A DNA stretch of 63,726 nucleotides, filler included, from Choristocarpus tenellus KU-1152 (Eukaryota; Protista; Phaeophyceae): NCBI GenBank assembly GCA_964200185.2. It is 10 parts of 10 records of this genome, joined end to end, with 100 filler letters (N's around TTAATTAATTAA, not from the genome) between each part and the next. Parts side by side here need not be neighbours in the genome. Positions count along the whole stretch, not along the records: positions 38,410 to 42,954 come from CAXNAD020014064.1; positions 43,055 to 45,715 come from CAXNAD020025866.1; positions 45,816 to 49,968 come from CAXNAD020015954.1; positions 50,069 to 54,112 come from CAXNAD020016509.1; 6 more parts are not named here. One strand, 5' to 3'. Below the pieces are notes generated by a model. The model saw only the letters and a list, made by a program, of their open reading frames with translations, was not told the origin of the DNA and did no database searches. Every line of letters begins with the position of its first letter. Positions within the stretch are counted from its first letter, which is position 1. The position numbers and the translations under genes are program-made. Positions 38,909 to 50,263 of this stretch are shown in pieces.

Positions 38909-41900
38909 TGCGTACTGAAGTTTATGCGAAAGAGAGCTACTCTGATAGAGTATTTTGCTTTATGTGGTATGGATTTGTTTATTAGCGGAGTGAGCACTAT
39001 CCTCAAGGTGGGGAGTGGTGCTCTCCCTTGTTATCTAATTCATTCATCAACAAACACGTCAGAAATATGTTTAAACATATTTGTGACAGTCATACTGTAG
39101 TTAAAGTTCATTATAAGTTCAAGTTACATTACTTCATTCACATTTATACTATATAAACCATATAGACTACTAGTCTATATTGCACACTCCCCCATGAGCG
39201 TAGCAAAGTTGCTGACTAAGGCTCACATTCTACGTGAAAGTACAGAATGCACAAAATCATAAGTATAACTCTTACGCAAAGACTTAGTCAAAATGTCAGC
39301 TAGTTGTCTAGACGTTGGAACATATTCTATATGAAATATCCCTTGATCTACATACGTTCTTGTACACTTTAACTTCATGTCCACATGCTTGGTCCTTCTT
39401 TTGAATCCTGTGATGCCGCTCGCTTGAATAGCACCACGATTATCACAGAACCTGGGAATCTGGCCCTGTAATATGCCAATCTCTCCCGGAATGCCTTGAA
39501 GGAAAATGCAGTGATGCATGCCGTATGCCATTGCCGTCCATTCTGCCTCCGAGCTAGAGAGGGTGACAGCACCTTGAAGCTTAGAGCACCAGGCGATCGG
39601 TGATCCGTTGAACAGGATTATGTACCCTGTAACACTCCTGCGTGTTTGTTGGTCGGTGCCCCAGTCAGAATCTCCGTACCTAAGTAGGAGTTCTTCATTC
39701 CTCTCGTCCATATCTTTGTCCCCTCGATCATAGTGAATACAGACATCCAATGTCCCTGCTACGTAGCGCAGAACATGTTGCAGTCCGCGCCAGTGTTGCA
39801 TGCATGGAGATGCTACTCTACGCCCCAGTTCACGAACACTATTAGCCAGGTCTGGTCGAGTCATGCCTGCTAAGAACATGAGTTTCCCAAGAATACTGGC
39901 ATAGGGGTATATGATGGGATCTAGTTCCTCCTCATGATCTTGTCTGGCAGAGAGGTCCATGCCAGGGTCCAGTGGTGTAGATCTTTCTCGTACTTCCATA
40001 GAGCCCATCCCGGCCACGACAATACTTTCTGCATATAGTTGTTGGTCCAGAGTGATGCCATCTTCACCCACAGTGATGCTCACTCCAATCAGCTTGTCTG
40101 GCATACCTAGGTCTCGTCATTCGTACTTTTCTAGGAGTGATGCCCTCATCCTTTGGATCTCTTCTGTGAAGTCTCCAGTGGTGGCGGTGTCGTCCACGTA
40201 GGTAGTGAGGATTGCAATGCATCCGTCTTCACTTTTCTTGAAGTAGAGACTCTGGTCGTGTTTACTACTTGTCCATCCTTCTGCGAGAATAGTGCCCCTT
40301 AATTCATGAAACCATTCCATGGCTGACTGCTTCAGCCCATAGATTGCTTTCTCAGCCTTGACGATGCGGCTGTCTGGAAGCTCTAGCCAGATGCCCTCCT
40401 GCAGATCTGCGTTGAGGTAGGCCTGTGTGAAATCTAGGGTTTCTATGCTCCAACCTTTGTACGCTGCGACTGATATGACGCATCGTAGTGTGTCGTATCC
40501 CACTACTGGGCTGAAGGTTTCAAAGAAATCTACTCCTGCATTTTGGGTAAACCCACATGCCACGAGTCTTGCCTTATATCGTTCTACTGTCCCGTCTGCA
40601 GAGTACTTGATTTTGAAAACAAATCGTGTCTTGATTGCCTTCCTTCCTTGGGGTAGGGCTTTCTTTCTAAATGTCCCCTTCTGCCAAAGTCCTGCCATTT
40701 CCTTTTCCATGGCTTCCTGCCATTGATCTGCGTCTGGCCCATTAAAGGCCTCCTTGGTTGTAGATGGTTCTTCTGGACCTGCTGTTACTTCCCCTATGAG
40801 ACCCATAAGGCAGTACACTTCTTCGTTGTTCTGCTGCATAAGGGTTGATACGACGTGGTTCATTTCCATTTCCTCATCCTCTTCCTGGGCACACATTTTG
40901 CATGTGTGGGCCATCCGCCGGCGCTGCTCCAGCCTGGCAGATTTCCGCCTCTCAGAGTGTGGGGTCAAGCGTTTAGTTGCCATTTGTGCAGCCCTATCCA
41001 TGCATTGGCGTTGTCCCATCCTGGGAATTTCTTGACTGTGGGGGGAAGCTGGGCACTTTGCATTTTGAGTCCCACGTCCAATATTTGGGTTCTTACCCCC
41101 AGTCATGTCTGCCTCGCCCCCAGCTGTGGAAGCCTCTTCTTCGTCTTGTGTATCCATGTTCATGTCTATATCAAATTCTGACTCTCCAAGTATATCTAGC
41201 TCTGACTCCCCCACTAGCTCCAGCAGTTTGGTTTTAGGCTGGAAAGTCACCTGTGCTGAGGTCATGAGCTTTTCTTCCTGTGGGATCCATACGTGCCAGC
41301 ATAGTGACACCCTGTCGTGTCCTACAAGGATCCCCCTCTTTGCATATGGGTGGAACTTGGTATTAGCGCCGCGCTGTTGCTTGGTTTGGTGTACAAAACA
41401 CTCTGTCCTAAATACTCGAAGCCGATTGTAGTTGAATGGCTTGTTATTCAGGCGCTCGTATGGTGTCTCGCCTCCTAGGTACTCGTGCGGCATGCCTGTG
41501 GTCTTATATGTGGCATCTGCTACCGCAAAGAACCAGAACTCCTCCTCCATTCCAGCCTGAATCAACTGGCTGCGTGCCGCTTGCATAACTTGTTTGATTG
41601 ACCTCTCAGCAATTCCATTGCTCTGGGGTGTGCGTGGGGGGCTCTTACACCATTTGACGCCTCGCTCTGTTAGAGCATGCGTTGGAACTTTATGCTCCTA
41701 CCAAATTCTCCAGCTCCATCCCCACTGATGCATCTCACTACCACCCCATCTCGAGCCATTTCGTCTATGTAGGCAGCAGTGGCCGCTGTAGCAGCGCCTT
41801 TGGTACGCAGACCAATCACACGCTTCTCCCTGCTAGCCTCGTCCACGAAAACCTGAAAATATCTTATTCTTGTCACATCGGGGTTAAAAGGTCCCTCCAT

Positions 41901-42954
41901 ATCTGTGTGCACTACCTCCCCAACTATTTTGGGACTGCGGCCTCCCCGTGCGTAACTGAGTGCCTCGGACTTGCACTCCTTGCATACCTTGCAATGAAGT
42001 TCGGAGGCAACTGTAGCATCTGCGATATCCAGGAGTCCTCGTTTTTCAAGGTGCTTTATTGCAAAGGAGTTGAGGTGACCCATTATTTTATGCCAGTCGA
42101 AAAGGGAGAGACGCTGTTGTTTATTGGCGTAGCTAGCATTGACTTTGGGCTGGCCCTTCATCCTATTGTCTGCCTGAAACTGGACCTTCATCATCAAGAA
42201 GGCTCCCTTTTCCTCCAGTTGGATCTTGGCTGCCCCTTTTTTGGGCTGAAGGTAGCTTCTTCTAAACCCAGAGTCCACAAATTCACCTCCATTGCGCCGC
42301 AGGCTACCTGTGCTAAGAAGTCGGCATGGTAGACCAGGCACCCAGAGCACATCCTGGAGTACAATTTTGGTCGGCTTGCCCATCTCATTAGTGGCTTCCA
42401 GTACCATCTTGCCTGTTGCCTGTGCTTCCAGTGTACCTTTATTACCAAAGGTGCAGGTGCGAGTGATCTCTGTTGCTTCAGTGAGGTCCTGCAGTCTTGG
42501 GGTAAGATGTACGTTGGCTCCTGAGTCACATAGAAGGCTAATGGTGTCTGTCTTGGTCATATCTTGAGTCGAGGATAGATGTGCTGCCTCGACCATTTTG
42601 TTATATGCGTCCTCCCCTACAGACACATTCATGGTCAGGAATGCTCGCGATGAGCCCTGCTTAGCTTTGTCTCCGCCTATGCCACCACTGTTCCTTTCCC
42701 TGGTTGGTTGTGGGGGAAATCTTGGTTTCGGCATCCCATAGCGGCGCTTAGAGGGAGGTTGGCCAGTCAAGTATAAGGGACATTCTCGGCACCAGTGATC
42801 ATATTTTAAACAGAATGTACATTGATTGGGATCGAAGCCTTTCTTGGACCCTTGCTTTCTATTCTGATTTTCTGCTCCTGTGTGAAGCGCCATCGCCCCC
42901 GATCTCCTAGATGTGTCTCCTATGACCTCTGTGGTCATTTAAGACGAGGAAGAT
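38909..42954 (-). mobile_element. Ty1/Copia LTR retrotransposon, 5' end cut by contig break; putative 3' LTR ~39186-38909
   Basis: Domain order: Gag knuckle CTFCLKYDHWCREC, protease LCDSGANVHL, WHKIMGH...CKVC, integrase VHTDMEGP...PQSNGIAER, RT YKARLVACG/AIYGLKQS/YVDD, RNase H DSDWG...TKHVDMK...QLADILTK. PPT GGGGGAG is followed by TG. The outer LTR boundary is inferred only from TG...CA. Confidence 0.95.
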
Positions 42955-43059
42955 NNNNNNNNNNNNNNNNNNNNNNNNNNNNNNNNNNNNNNNNNNNNTT
43001 AATTAATTAANNNNNNNNNNNNNNNNNNNNNNNNNNNNNNNNNNNNNNNNNNNNAAAAA

Positions 43060-43067
43060 AAAGAGGG

Positions 43068-43101
<34 letters not shown>

Positions 43102-43246
43102 GTGTACACCAGGGTGTCCAATTAGACTAAGACCAGGAAATATGCACGTTCATTATCCATTCGACGTATGGCAAATCACCCAAAAATTGCGACACCAAAA
43201 GTTTGCCCCAAATGGACAGCCGCCACCCCCCCTCAGATACTTTGAG
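43060..43246 (+). mobile_element. Poly-G MITE type A copy at contig start
   Basis: polyG-TGTACACCAGGGTGTCC...CATTATCCATTCGACG...CCCCAAATGGACAGCCGCCACCCCCCCTCAGATACTTTGAG. Confidence 0.85.
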
Positions 43247-45492
43247 GTAGCTCCACTACAATGGGGAGGACCCTGTTGGAGCAAGAACTGAAGAAGAGTG
43301 TTGGGATTCCCACTTTTGCTAATTTGTGTGTGAAGACACACACACATACAGTATCAGTGTTGGTGACTGCCTACTAGTTCTGACCATACTGCTTCAGAGA
43401 GGTTGAGGGAGAACAACCCTGACTAACGTTTCAAAGTATCACTTAGCTACATGAATTGTTATGATCATTTGTCCTTAATGATCTGACATGCTACAGTCAC
43501 CTGCGCCTCCCTTTATTCAAGTGAACGATCAGTCTTCTTCATTGTTGGATATCACATCAAAACAATTTCCCTAGGTGAGTGTCATCAGACCATGAATATA
43601 CATATATCTATGCTTTCATGCCCTAGGACTCAAGAAAAAACTTCTATAAATTCCCGTGCATGCTAAACACGCTCTCCCATTCATCCCCTCCCTATCTCTG
43701 TCAGCACTGGCGGAACAAAGATAGCAACAGGAGAAATGAACTCGACGACAGTACCTCAAGGGATGCCACCATCATCCATACCGACAACTGCCTGTGCAAT
43801 GCCACAACCAGAGCAGATCATAACATCAAGAAGCAGAGCAGTGCGGGTCCGAGATCAGATTAACAAAGGCGTGGCACGCTCAACAGATCCTCCCATACAA
43901 AGCGTTTTGGTTAGGGAAAGGCTTGGGGGGGTTGGAAATGGGGGAGCAGAAGGAGCAAAGATGTCTGAATAATAGGAAAAGAAGTTAATGGGGGAGACAG
44001 AGACAGTAGGCAGTATTAGAAAAAACAATGACACTACTTCATTAAGCGATATTGTCCGTATTTAATGGCAGTGGTTGACCTTCTCGTTGACTCTTGTTTT
44101 GTGCTGTTTACACATGTCTAAGGGTAGAATGTTTTTATTATATCCAACCGCAAGAATAAATCGGCAAGGGTGACTGACTTTGGGCTTAGGAAGCAAGAAA
44201 GACTGTGGTAGAGTTTGCTCCAGACACAGTTCGACAAGATTAACTTTCTGCTGGGGGCATATATTGAAGAGCCGTAAGTATCATTGTACTGTACGTAGTG
44301 TACACAAAGCATTGATTTCGCCAGTCAATTTTAACTTAAGTAAATAATGGAGTTTTAAAGTAAAAGGAATACAAAGAAAGTCAATGTTGATGGGGAGAGG
44401 CACTTTGCTGCACAGATTAGTTTCGGGCACTTGACGCACATAGGCAGCACAAAGACATAGAGATTAAGAGCGAGGGAAGTAAGATTATTATTGAAACCAG
44501 AACTATCACCATTAAATAATTAGCCAAACTAAACGAGAGGTGCCCAGAGTTGTATTTTATGGATGCTGACAAAATATGTGCAAAATTCGACTTTTTTTTT
44601 TACAGATCCGCGTAGAAAAATTTCTGAATTTTGTCAAAAAAAATATCAAACACTAGAGAAATCAACATTCTCAAATCAAACTTAGCACTCTATCCGTGGA
44701 AATATAGATGAAATGCAAAAGATTGAAACACGACTTCAAATGCAAAATGGTCAAAACCTGTGTATCTCTCGTTTACTTTGACTCAATTATACGTCTAAAT
44801 AAATTATTCAGTGAGCAATTTGTAAAGGGCTAGCAATCAATGACTATTTGATATAGAAGTGCAAAGGATGGGGGCAGTAAAACTGTCGTACAGCATATTA
44901 TGGATGCACATTCTTTGTTATGGTAATATATTGGCTCAGAGTCGAGCAAGCACTTCAAAATATAGGCAGCGTTTAGTCTGCATTTAATTTTCTAGTAGTC
45001 AGAGTATATTAATGGTGGTTGTATATTGTTTAATATTCCTGTTACTTGGACCTACCCTCACTCTTGCTATGGTTCTTGAATGCACTAGGATCTCATGGAG
45101 TATTGCAATCTCCACTTCATGTCTCAATCAATGTTCTAAGCGTTCGTTCCATTCAATTGTCACCTACCTCATTCTCAACGATGGACTCTGCAGCACAAGC
45201 TATACCATTTCAATACAGTTTCTCCTACTACACCCCCCCCCCTACATTTGACTGCTTCACACTCTCCCCTAACCAAGATCTCAAGAATAACTTTCTGTGC
45301 CGTGGATACACTGCTACATGTAGAACAGAAATTCTTCACAGATATGACCAACCACTTTCTCGACTACTCTGCAACCACCAGCACATTAGTAACCACAATA
45401 TCCAGTCAGTATTTGTTTCGTAATTTGAAGATGATTTCTGCATTAAACGTGGAACTTGAAAAGTCTACAACTAAAACATATTGTGGCACTTG

Positions 45493-45672
45493 GGCTCAAA
45501 AAATATGGGGGGGAGTGGCGGCTGTCGATTTTGGGGTCAATTCTTGTATGTCGTAATTTTTGAGCGATTTGGTTGCATGCATCGGATGGATAATGTAAGT
45601 GCACCTTTCCTGGTTATGACCCAAATGGACACCCTGGTGTAGACCCCCCCCCCCCCACAGATGCTTTGGGTC
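45493..45672 (-). mobile_element. Complete 180-bp poly-G MITE type A with apparent 4-bp TSD (CTTG)
   Basis: CTTG|GGCTCAAAAAATATGGGG...CCCCACAGATGCTTTGGGTC|CTTG. Confidence 0.85.
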
Positions 45673-46362
45673 CTTGTCCAGTGAGATGTGTATCCTGTGT
45701 ACACATTAGATGGGTNNNNNNNNNNNNNNNNNNNNNNNNNNNNNNNNNNNNNNNNNNNNTTAATTAATTAANNNNNNNNNNNNNNNNNNNNNNNNNNNNN
45801 NNNNNNNNNNNNNNNGGAGAGAAGGGCAAAAAGAAACATGACACTAGGACAAATTTTGAGGCTAGATGGAGGTGCCTAATGCCATTCACGAGGTGGGTAT
45901 GCAAAGCATTGAGTTGGGGTTTGGTCTGCGTTAAGGTTGCCTACATAAGAAACTGTAATTTTAGACAGTATATCCATACATGTATTTTACCTTCTAGTGG
46001 TAAGTACCACATTGTCTTACCGTTCCACTTACCTCTTTGGTGGAGATTCATATGCCTTGCATTAGGTGGCGCCCTATCCAAAATAATCCACACTGCCCTA
46101 CTTTAAACACCCTTCATACATCCCGTGCTAAAATCAAGTCTTGCACTACCTTGTGGGGCGGGGAGGAAAGGGTACGCCTACTATGGAAGGGTCAAGAGTA
46201 ACAATTCATTAGTACCTCCTTCATTCATCCCACAATTATAGTCCTGTGCAGTCAGGCCTCTCTCACCTCAAGCCAAACCCACCACAACCAACACAACTCA
46301 AACCCCTCTTTTCAGATCCACGCCTGCCATTTTTGGCCTTCCCGCCTCCCCAAGGTGCACAC

Positions 46363-46704
46363 CTGCACCGACGGCAAGAGAGCAATTGCTGCCCCCCAGT
46401 CCCCATCAAGTGTTGCTCTAGACAGCATCTCCATCCCCGAAGGTTGAAGGGAGAAACCGGATTCAGCTTCCAGGGCCTGGGCAGCAGTGCTGGCAATCCC
46501 CGCACACAAGTGCGGCGAGGGGAGGAAGTGAAGCGGGAGTTACTTGTGTCAAAGGCGGTAAAAATGAGACATTTTTCAGATGGAGCTTTTTTTTTCTTTT
46601 GAAATACTGGTTGCTGCTGGAAAGGGGCTTCAATATGAGTACTGCTGCTTCTTGACAGCAAATACTGTGTCCTTCCGCTGCAGAAAATGTATTCTGTACT
46701 TTGG

Positions 46705-46747
<43 letters not shown>

Positions 46748-47305
46748 CAAGAGATGTCCTCATTCCAATGATATTTTTGAGTGCGTGGGGTTGTTGGTTT
46801 TGTGCACCCCCCAACAACGACATATTCAATGCATCCTTCACAAGCACAGAAAAAGTAAGGACAGTCATCTCCACAATCGCTATCCACCTGTTGGGAGGGT
46901 GGTAGAGACAATGGATTTATCAGTTTTTGTTGGTGACTGACTGACAGCAAAAAAAAAAAATTGGCGTGTACAAACAAAAAACCCATGAATGATGCCACAC
47001 AAAAGTAGTCAAGCAGCCATAGACGATGTTATCTCGAAAACTCTACCCAAACCGAAGCCTGCAAGACAAAGGGGAGGAGGAAATTCTTACCTGTATCCCA
47101 TGCCGTTAAGGCAGCTAGAAATGACCCGAACCAGCTCGCTCCGGTGGAAAGGGAAGTTGTCATGTTCCTCGCCACCTACCTTTGCGGTACCGTTGGACCT
47201 ACTGCCACTGGAGATATGTCGTACGAAAGGTGAAGGTGAAAGTGAGGTGGTGGGGGTAAGGGGAGTATTGGGGGATTGAGGAGAATCCAAGCCATTAGGG
47301 ATCAT
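46363..47305 (-). CDS. WDR26: WDR26/GID7-like LisH-CTLH (WD40) protein, 5' part only (exons 47305-47091, 46489-46363)
   Basis: HRSELVRVISSCLNGMGYS|TAAQALEAESGFSLQPSGMEMLSRATLDGDWGAAIALL fits the LisH+CTLH N-terminus of WDR26. The WD repeats are not in this contig. Confidence 0.75.
46708..46745. repeat. (TA)n microsatellite in WDR26 intron
   Basis: Read directly. Confidence 0.95.
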
Positions 47306-47690
47306 CGCGGACCAAGAGCAGGCTCAGTATCTAGGATCTCCGAAATAAGAAAGATGACTACATGTCTTGCGAGGCTCTCTACACATCATGAACGGCGGGG
47401 AGGGTGGAAGTTTATGTCGACAAGGTTCGACTGAGACATCACCGAAATATGCATTTGTTTGTAGTAGAAAATTGAGTCTGTGGAGAGTTGATCTTCTTGG
47501 ACTATGGTCTAATGCGATGCCAGAGTCATATCTTCCACTTGTGCCGTCGGGCATTCTTGGTGTGCGGCCGAGGGAGAAAGCGGTCACTCAGACATTTGTT
47601 ATTATGCGATGATGACTGAGAGACTCTCCACTAGAACTCAGGGTACCTGACGGTACGAGAGTAAAACAAAGCAGGTTATGTCTAGATCAG

Positions 47691-47870
47691 GTGCTCACTT
47701 GGAAGTGCCTTCAATGTCCATTGTCTTTGGTGGCGAGGGCCACAACCTGCACCGCTTGCCAGACGCACGCCTGGGATCAGGTGGCGACGGCGGACGCTTC
47801 GTATTCTGCTATGAGGGCACGATCCATGACGGCAGACAGGCACAGGGGGAAAAAGAGATTCCATACCTGA
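47691..47870 (+). CDS. Short exon/ORF with a RanBP2-type zinc finger pattern (59 codons, below the ORF-track cut-off)
   Basis: cag|VLTWKCLQCPLSLVARATTCTACQTHAWDQ...KKRFHT* fits W-x-C-x2-C-x10-C-x2-C. Confidence 0.4.
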   Translation: MLTWKCLQCPLSLVARATTCTACQTHAWDQVATADASYSAMRARSMTADRHRGKKRFHT

Positions 47871-48633
47871 GAGGGCGCCAACCACATTCGTCACACTTCA
47901 TCCGTAGATGCGCATCCACGCAAGCCCTTGGGCTACTTATAATCTGATTGATATGAATCTAGAGGTTCTTCCTTAGTATCGGGGGATTTACCTCGTTCCA
48001 TCAGGGTCTAACGGATCTCGCAGGTCACACCTGCACGTGGACAATTCAGGTCTAAGGGGTGTATTTCGGGTTGAATCTCCCCGTAGAAAAAATGTGTACT
48101 TTCTAAGGCACAGAAGTAATTCACCTTGGTCTCAGGTAGCGGTTCATAGGGTACTGAAGAACATAATCCCACCTTTTCGTCAATCTTGACTCCAAGCAAG
48201 CACCTTTAAGGGCGCGTCGGACTATCTCGAGTTCCCTCCCAATGAGGGCTGGTTTGTCTACCCAGGTATAAATCTACTAGATGAACACTAGCACAGCCCA
48301 CATAGAACAGCCTTTCTTCGCAAACCAATCGATTGGAAGAGGGTAAAATGGAGCAGTGGTATATCCTCTGCCCAATGAAGTTACCCTCCCAACATGCCAA
48401 GTTGCACCTGACAATCTCTAGTTTTTTGAGAGATCAGACAGAATTCTCATATGAGCGCGCGGAAGTAACGGTATTCGCGCGTCTGTGTAACCGATGCAAC
48501 ATGTTCCATCAAAAAGGTGCATTTTACACAAAGATTGGGTTGACAATCTCTTCATTGCATTCATCTCCCAGGTGATTCGGTGCCTCGACCATCGCCGCGA
48601 AAATTCGCTAGGCTGACTTTGACCTTTTCACTG

Positions 48634-49482
48634 ATGATGCGGAAGGTTCACGAGGGGAAAGATGGTAGTAATCATATCCAAACTTTCCTTCGCGTTCGAC
48701 CGTCCAAAGAGCCTTCAGGGCTCTTCATGGTGGATGAGTTCGATCAACAGCGACTCAACTTCAATGTCCCTGTGGAACACAAGGAGGTTGAGGTAGGGTT
48801 CAGGAGTAGGTGAAGTAGGTGGTGGGAGGACTGATGTATGACATTTCTTCAAGAACCGAGAAGGGGGCTGCGGTGAAGATCACATCCCTCTTATGCCAGT
48901 CCGAAGAGAAATATGATATATTGAACAGACATGCACTTGCTTCTTAACTCTTCTCTTCTCCCCACGCAGTACGTGAATAATACCAGGACATCTCATAGTT
49001 TCAAGTTCGACGGGGTATTGGGGGGCAAGGCCACTCAGGTATGAGCAGAAATGTTCGAAATACTTTGAATTCTCTTCTACTCTGCGTTCTCGAGGGAGAA
49101 GGCCACGAGTTTAGAACACACAAGTAGCATCACATCTCACTTCAAGGATAGCAGATCCTACTTCCCACATTAGACATCATCTTCCCTCTCCTTCGGTAGT
49201 GTGCGACTCACACCAATCTGAACCCCTACTGGACAGGAGGACGTCTTCGCCAAGATTGGCCGTGGGGCGGTAGAGAATGTTCTCAGCGGCTACAACTCGA
49301 CAGTTTTCGCATACGGCCAGACTGGCTCCGGCAAGACGTTCACAGTGACTGGGGGGGCAGAAAGGTACGTTGACCGTGGAATCATCCCACGGGCACTAAA
49401 CCTCTTGTTCACGGAGTTCAAGAGTCGCAGCGACACGCAATTCACCTGCCACATTTCGTATCTGGAGATATATAACGAACAG
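48634..49482 (+). CDS. KIF6: Kinesin-9 family motor (KIF6-like), 5' part (exons 48634-48792, 48970-49038, 49237-49482)
   Basis: IQTFLRVRP; YVNNTRTSHSFKFDGVL; GYNSTVFAYGQTGSGKTFTVTGGAERYVDRGIIPRAL; HISYLEIYNE. Confidence 0.9.
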
Positions 49483-49860
49483 GTGAAGACAAGGAAGGAG
49501 GCTAGGGAGTAGGCATGATAAGAGCACTCAAGAGAGTCAGACTGGTACATTCCTCGTTCTGGGAAGAGGTATAGGTAGCTAAAGCTAGGGAATGGTCAGA
49601 TGAAAGTTTTTGCCTGTGTTTCGAGTGGGTCGGGTCACAACAACAGATCGGCTTACTGGTTTTTCCCACAAGCTGTTTTGTGTGATGAGCAGGCGACCAA
49701 TGTTAGAGCTCTAGTTTGGTAGGTGATAAATTCTGGGTATACAATGCCACCTATCTCTGTGTGAATGATGTAGTCTGTGCGTTAATGCGCACATATGTGC
49801 ACAATTTTTCAAAACGCCATTATATATTTGTAGAATACCTTGAGTCTCGACTGAACTGCT

Positions 49861-49968
49861 AAGTAAAAGCATCTTAGAGGGTACAAGTTTTGCCCTGTGA
49901 GCCAAAGTATGACCCAAAGTATCTGGAGGGGGGGGGGGGGTCTACACCAGGGTGTCTATTTGAGACAC
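49861..49968 (+). mobile_element. Stacked MITE ends: type B left end, a second TIR start, then a type A left end
   Basis: AAGTAAAAGCATCTTAGAGGGTACAAGTTTTGCCCTGT|GAGCCAAAGTAT|GACCCAAAGTATCTGGAGGGG...GTCTACACCAGGG. Confidence 0.75.
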
Positions 49969-50068
49969 NNNNNNNNNNNNNNNNNNNNNNNNNNNNNNNN
50001 NNNNNNNNNNNNTTAATTAATTAANNNNNNNNNNNNNNNNNNNNNNNNNNNNNNNNNNNNNNNNNNNN

Positions 50069-50177
50069 TTCAATGGGCCCGCCCCCACCGCGATCTACCC
50101 CCTTTCCCCCCCCCCCGCCCTTCCGGTCCCCGGATGACCAGCCCCCCCCCCCCCCCCCCCCCCAGATACTTTGAGCC
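50069..50177. mobile_element. MITE end with the same TIR but a different interior
   Basis: ...polyC-AGATACTTTGAGCC at contig start. Confidence 0.65.
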
Positions 50178-50263
50178 GTTGTAGCTCAATTTTTGGATCA
50201 TCTCGATACTACAGGCTACCTACCTACCCTGTGTATTTTCTTGTCTGGTGTGAGTCAACCCAC

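Noticed and set aside
43705-43910. Possible AG/GT-bounded exon (TGGTKIATGEMNSTTVPQG...PPIQSVL)
   Set aside because: Isolated, low-complexity, and no partner exons or homology identifiable.
48486-48500. GTAACCGATGCAAC upstream of KIF6 resembling an RFX X-box
   Set aside because: Imperfect match, and RFX factors are not known in stramenopiles.
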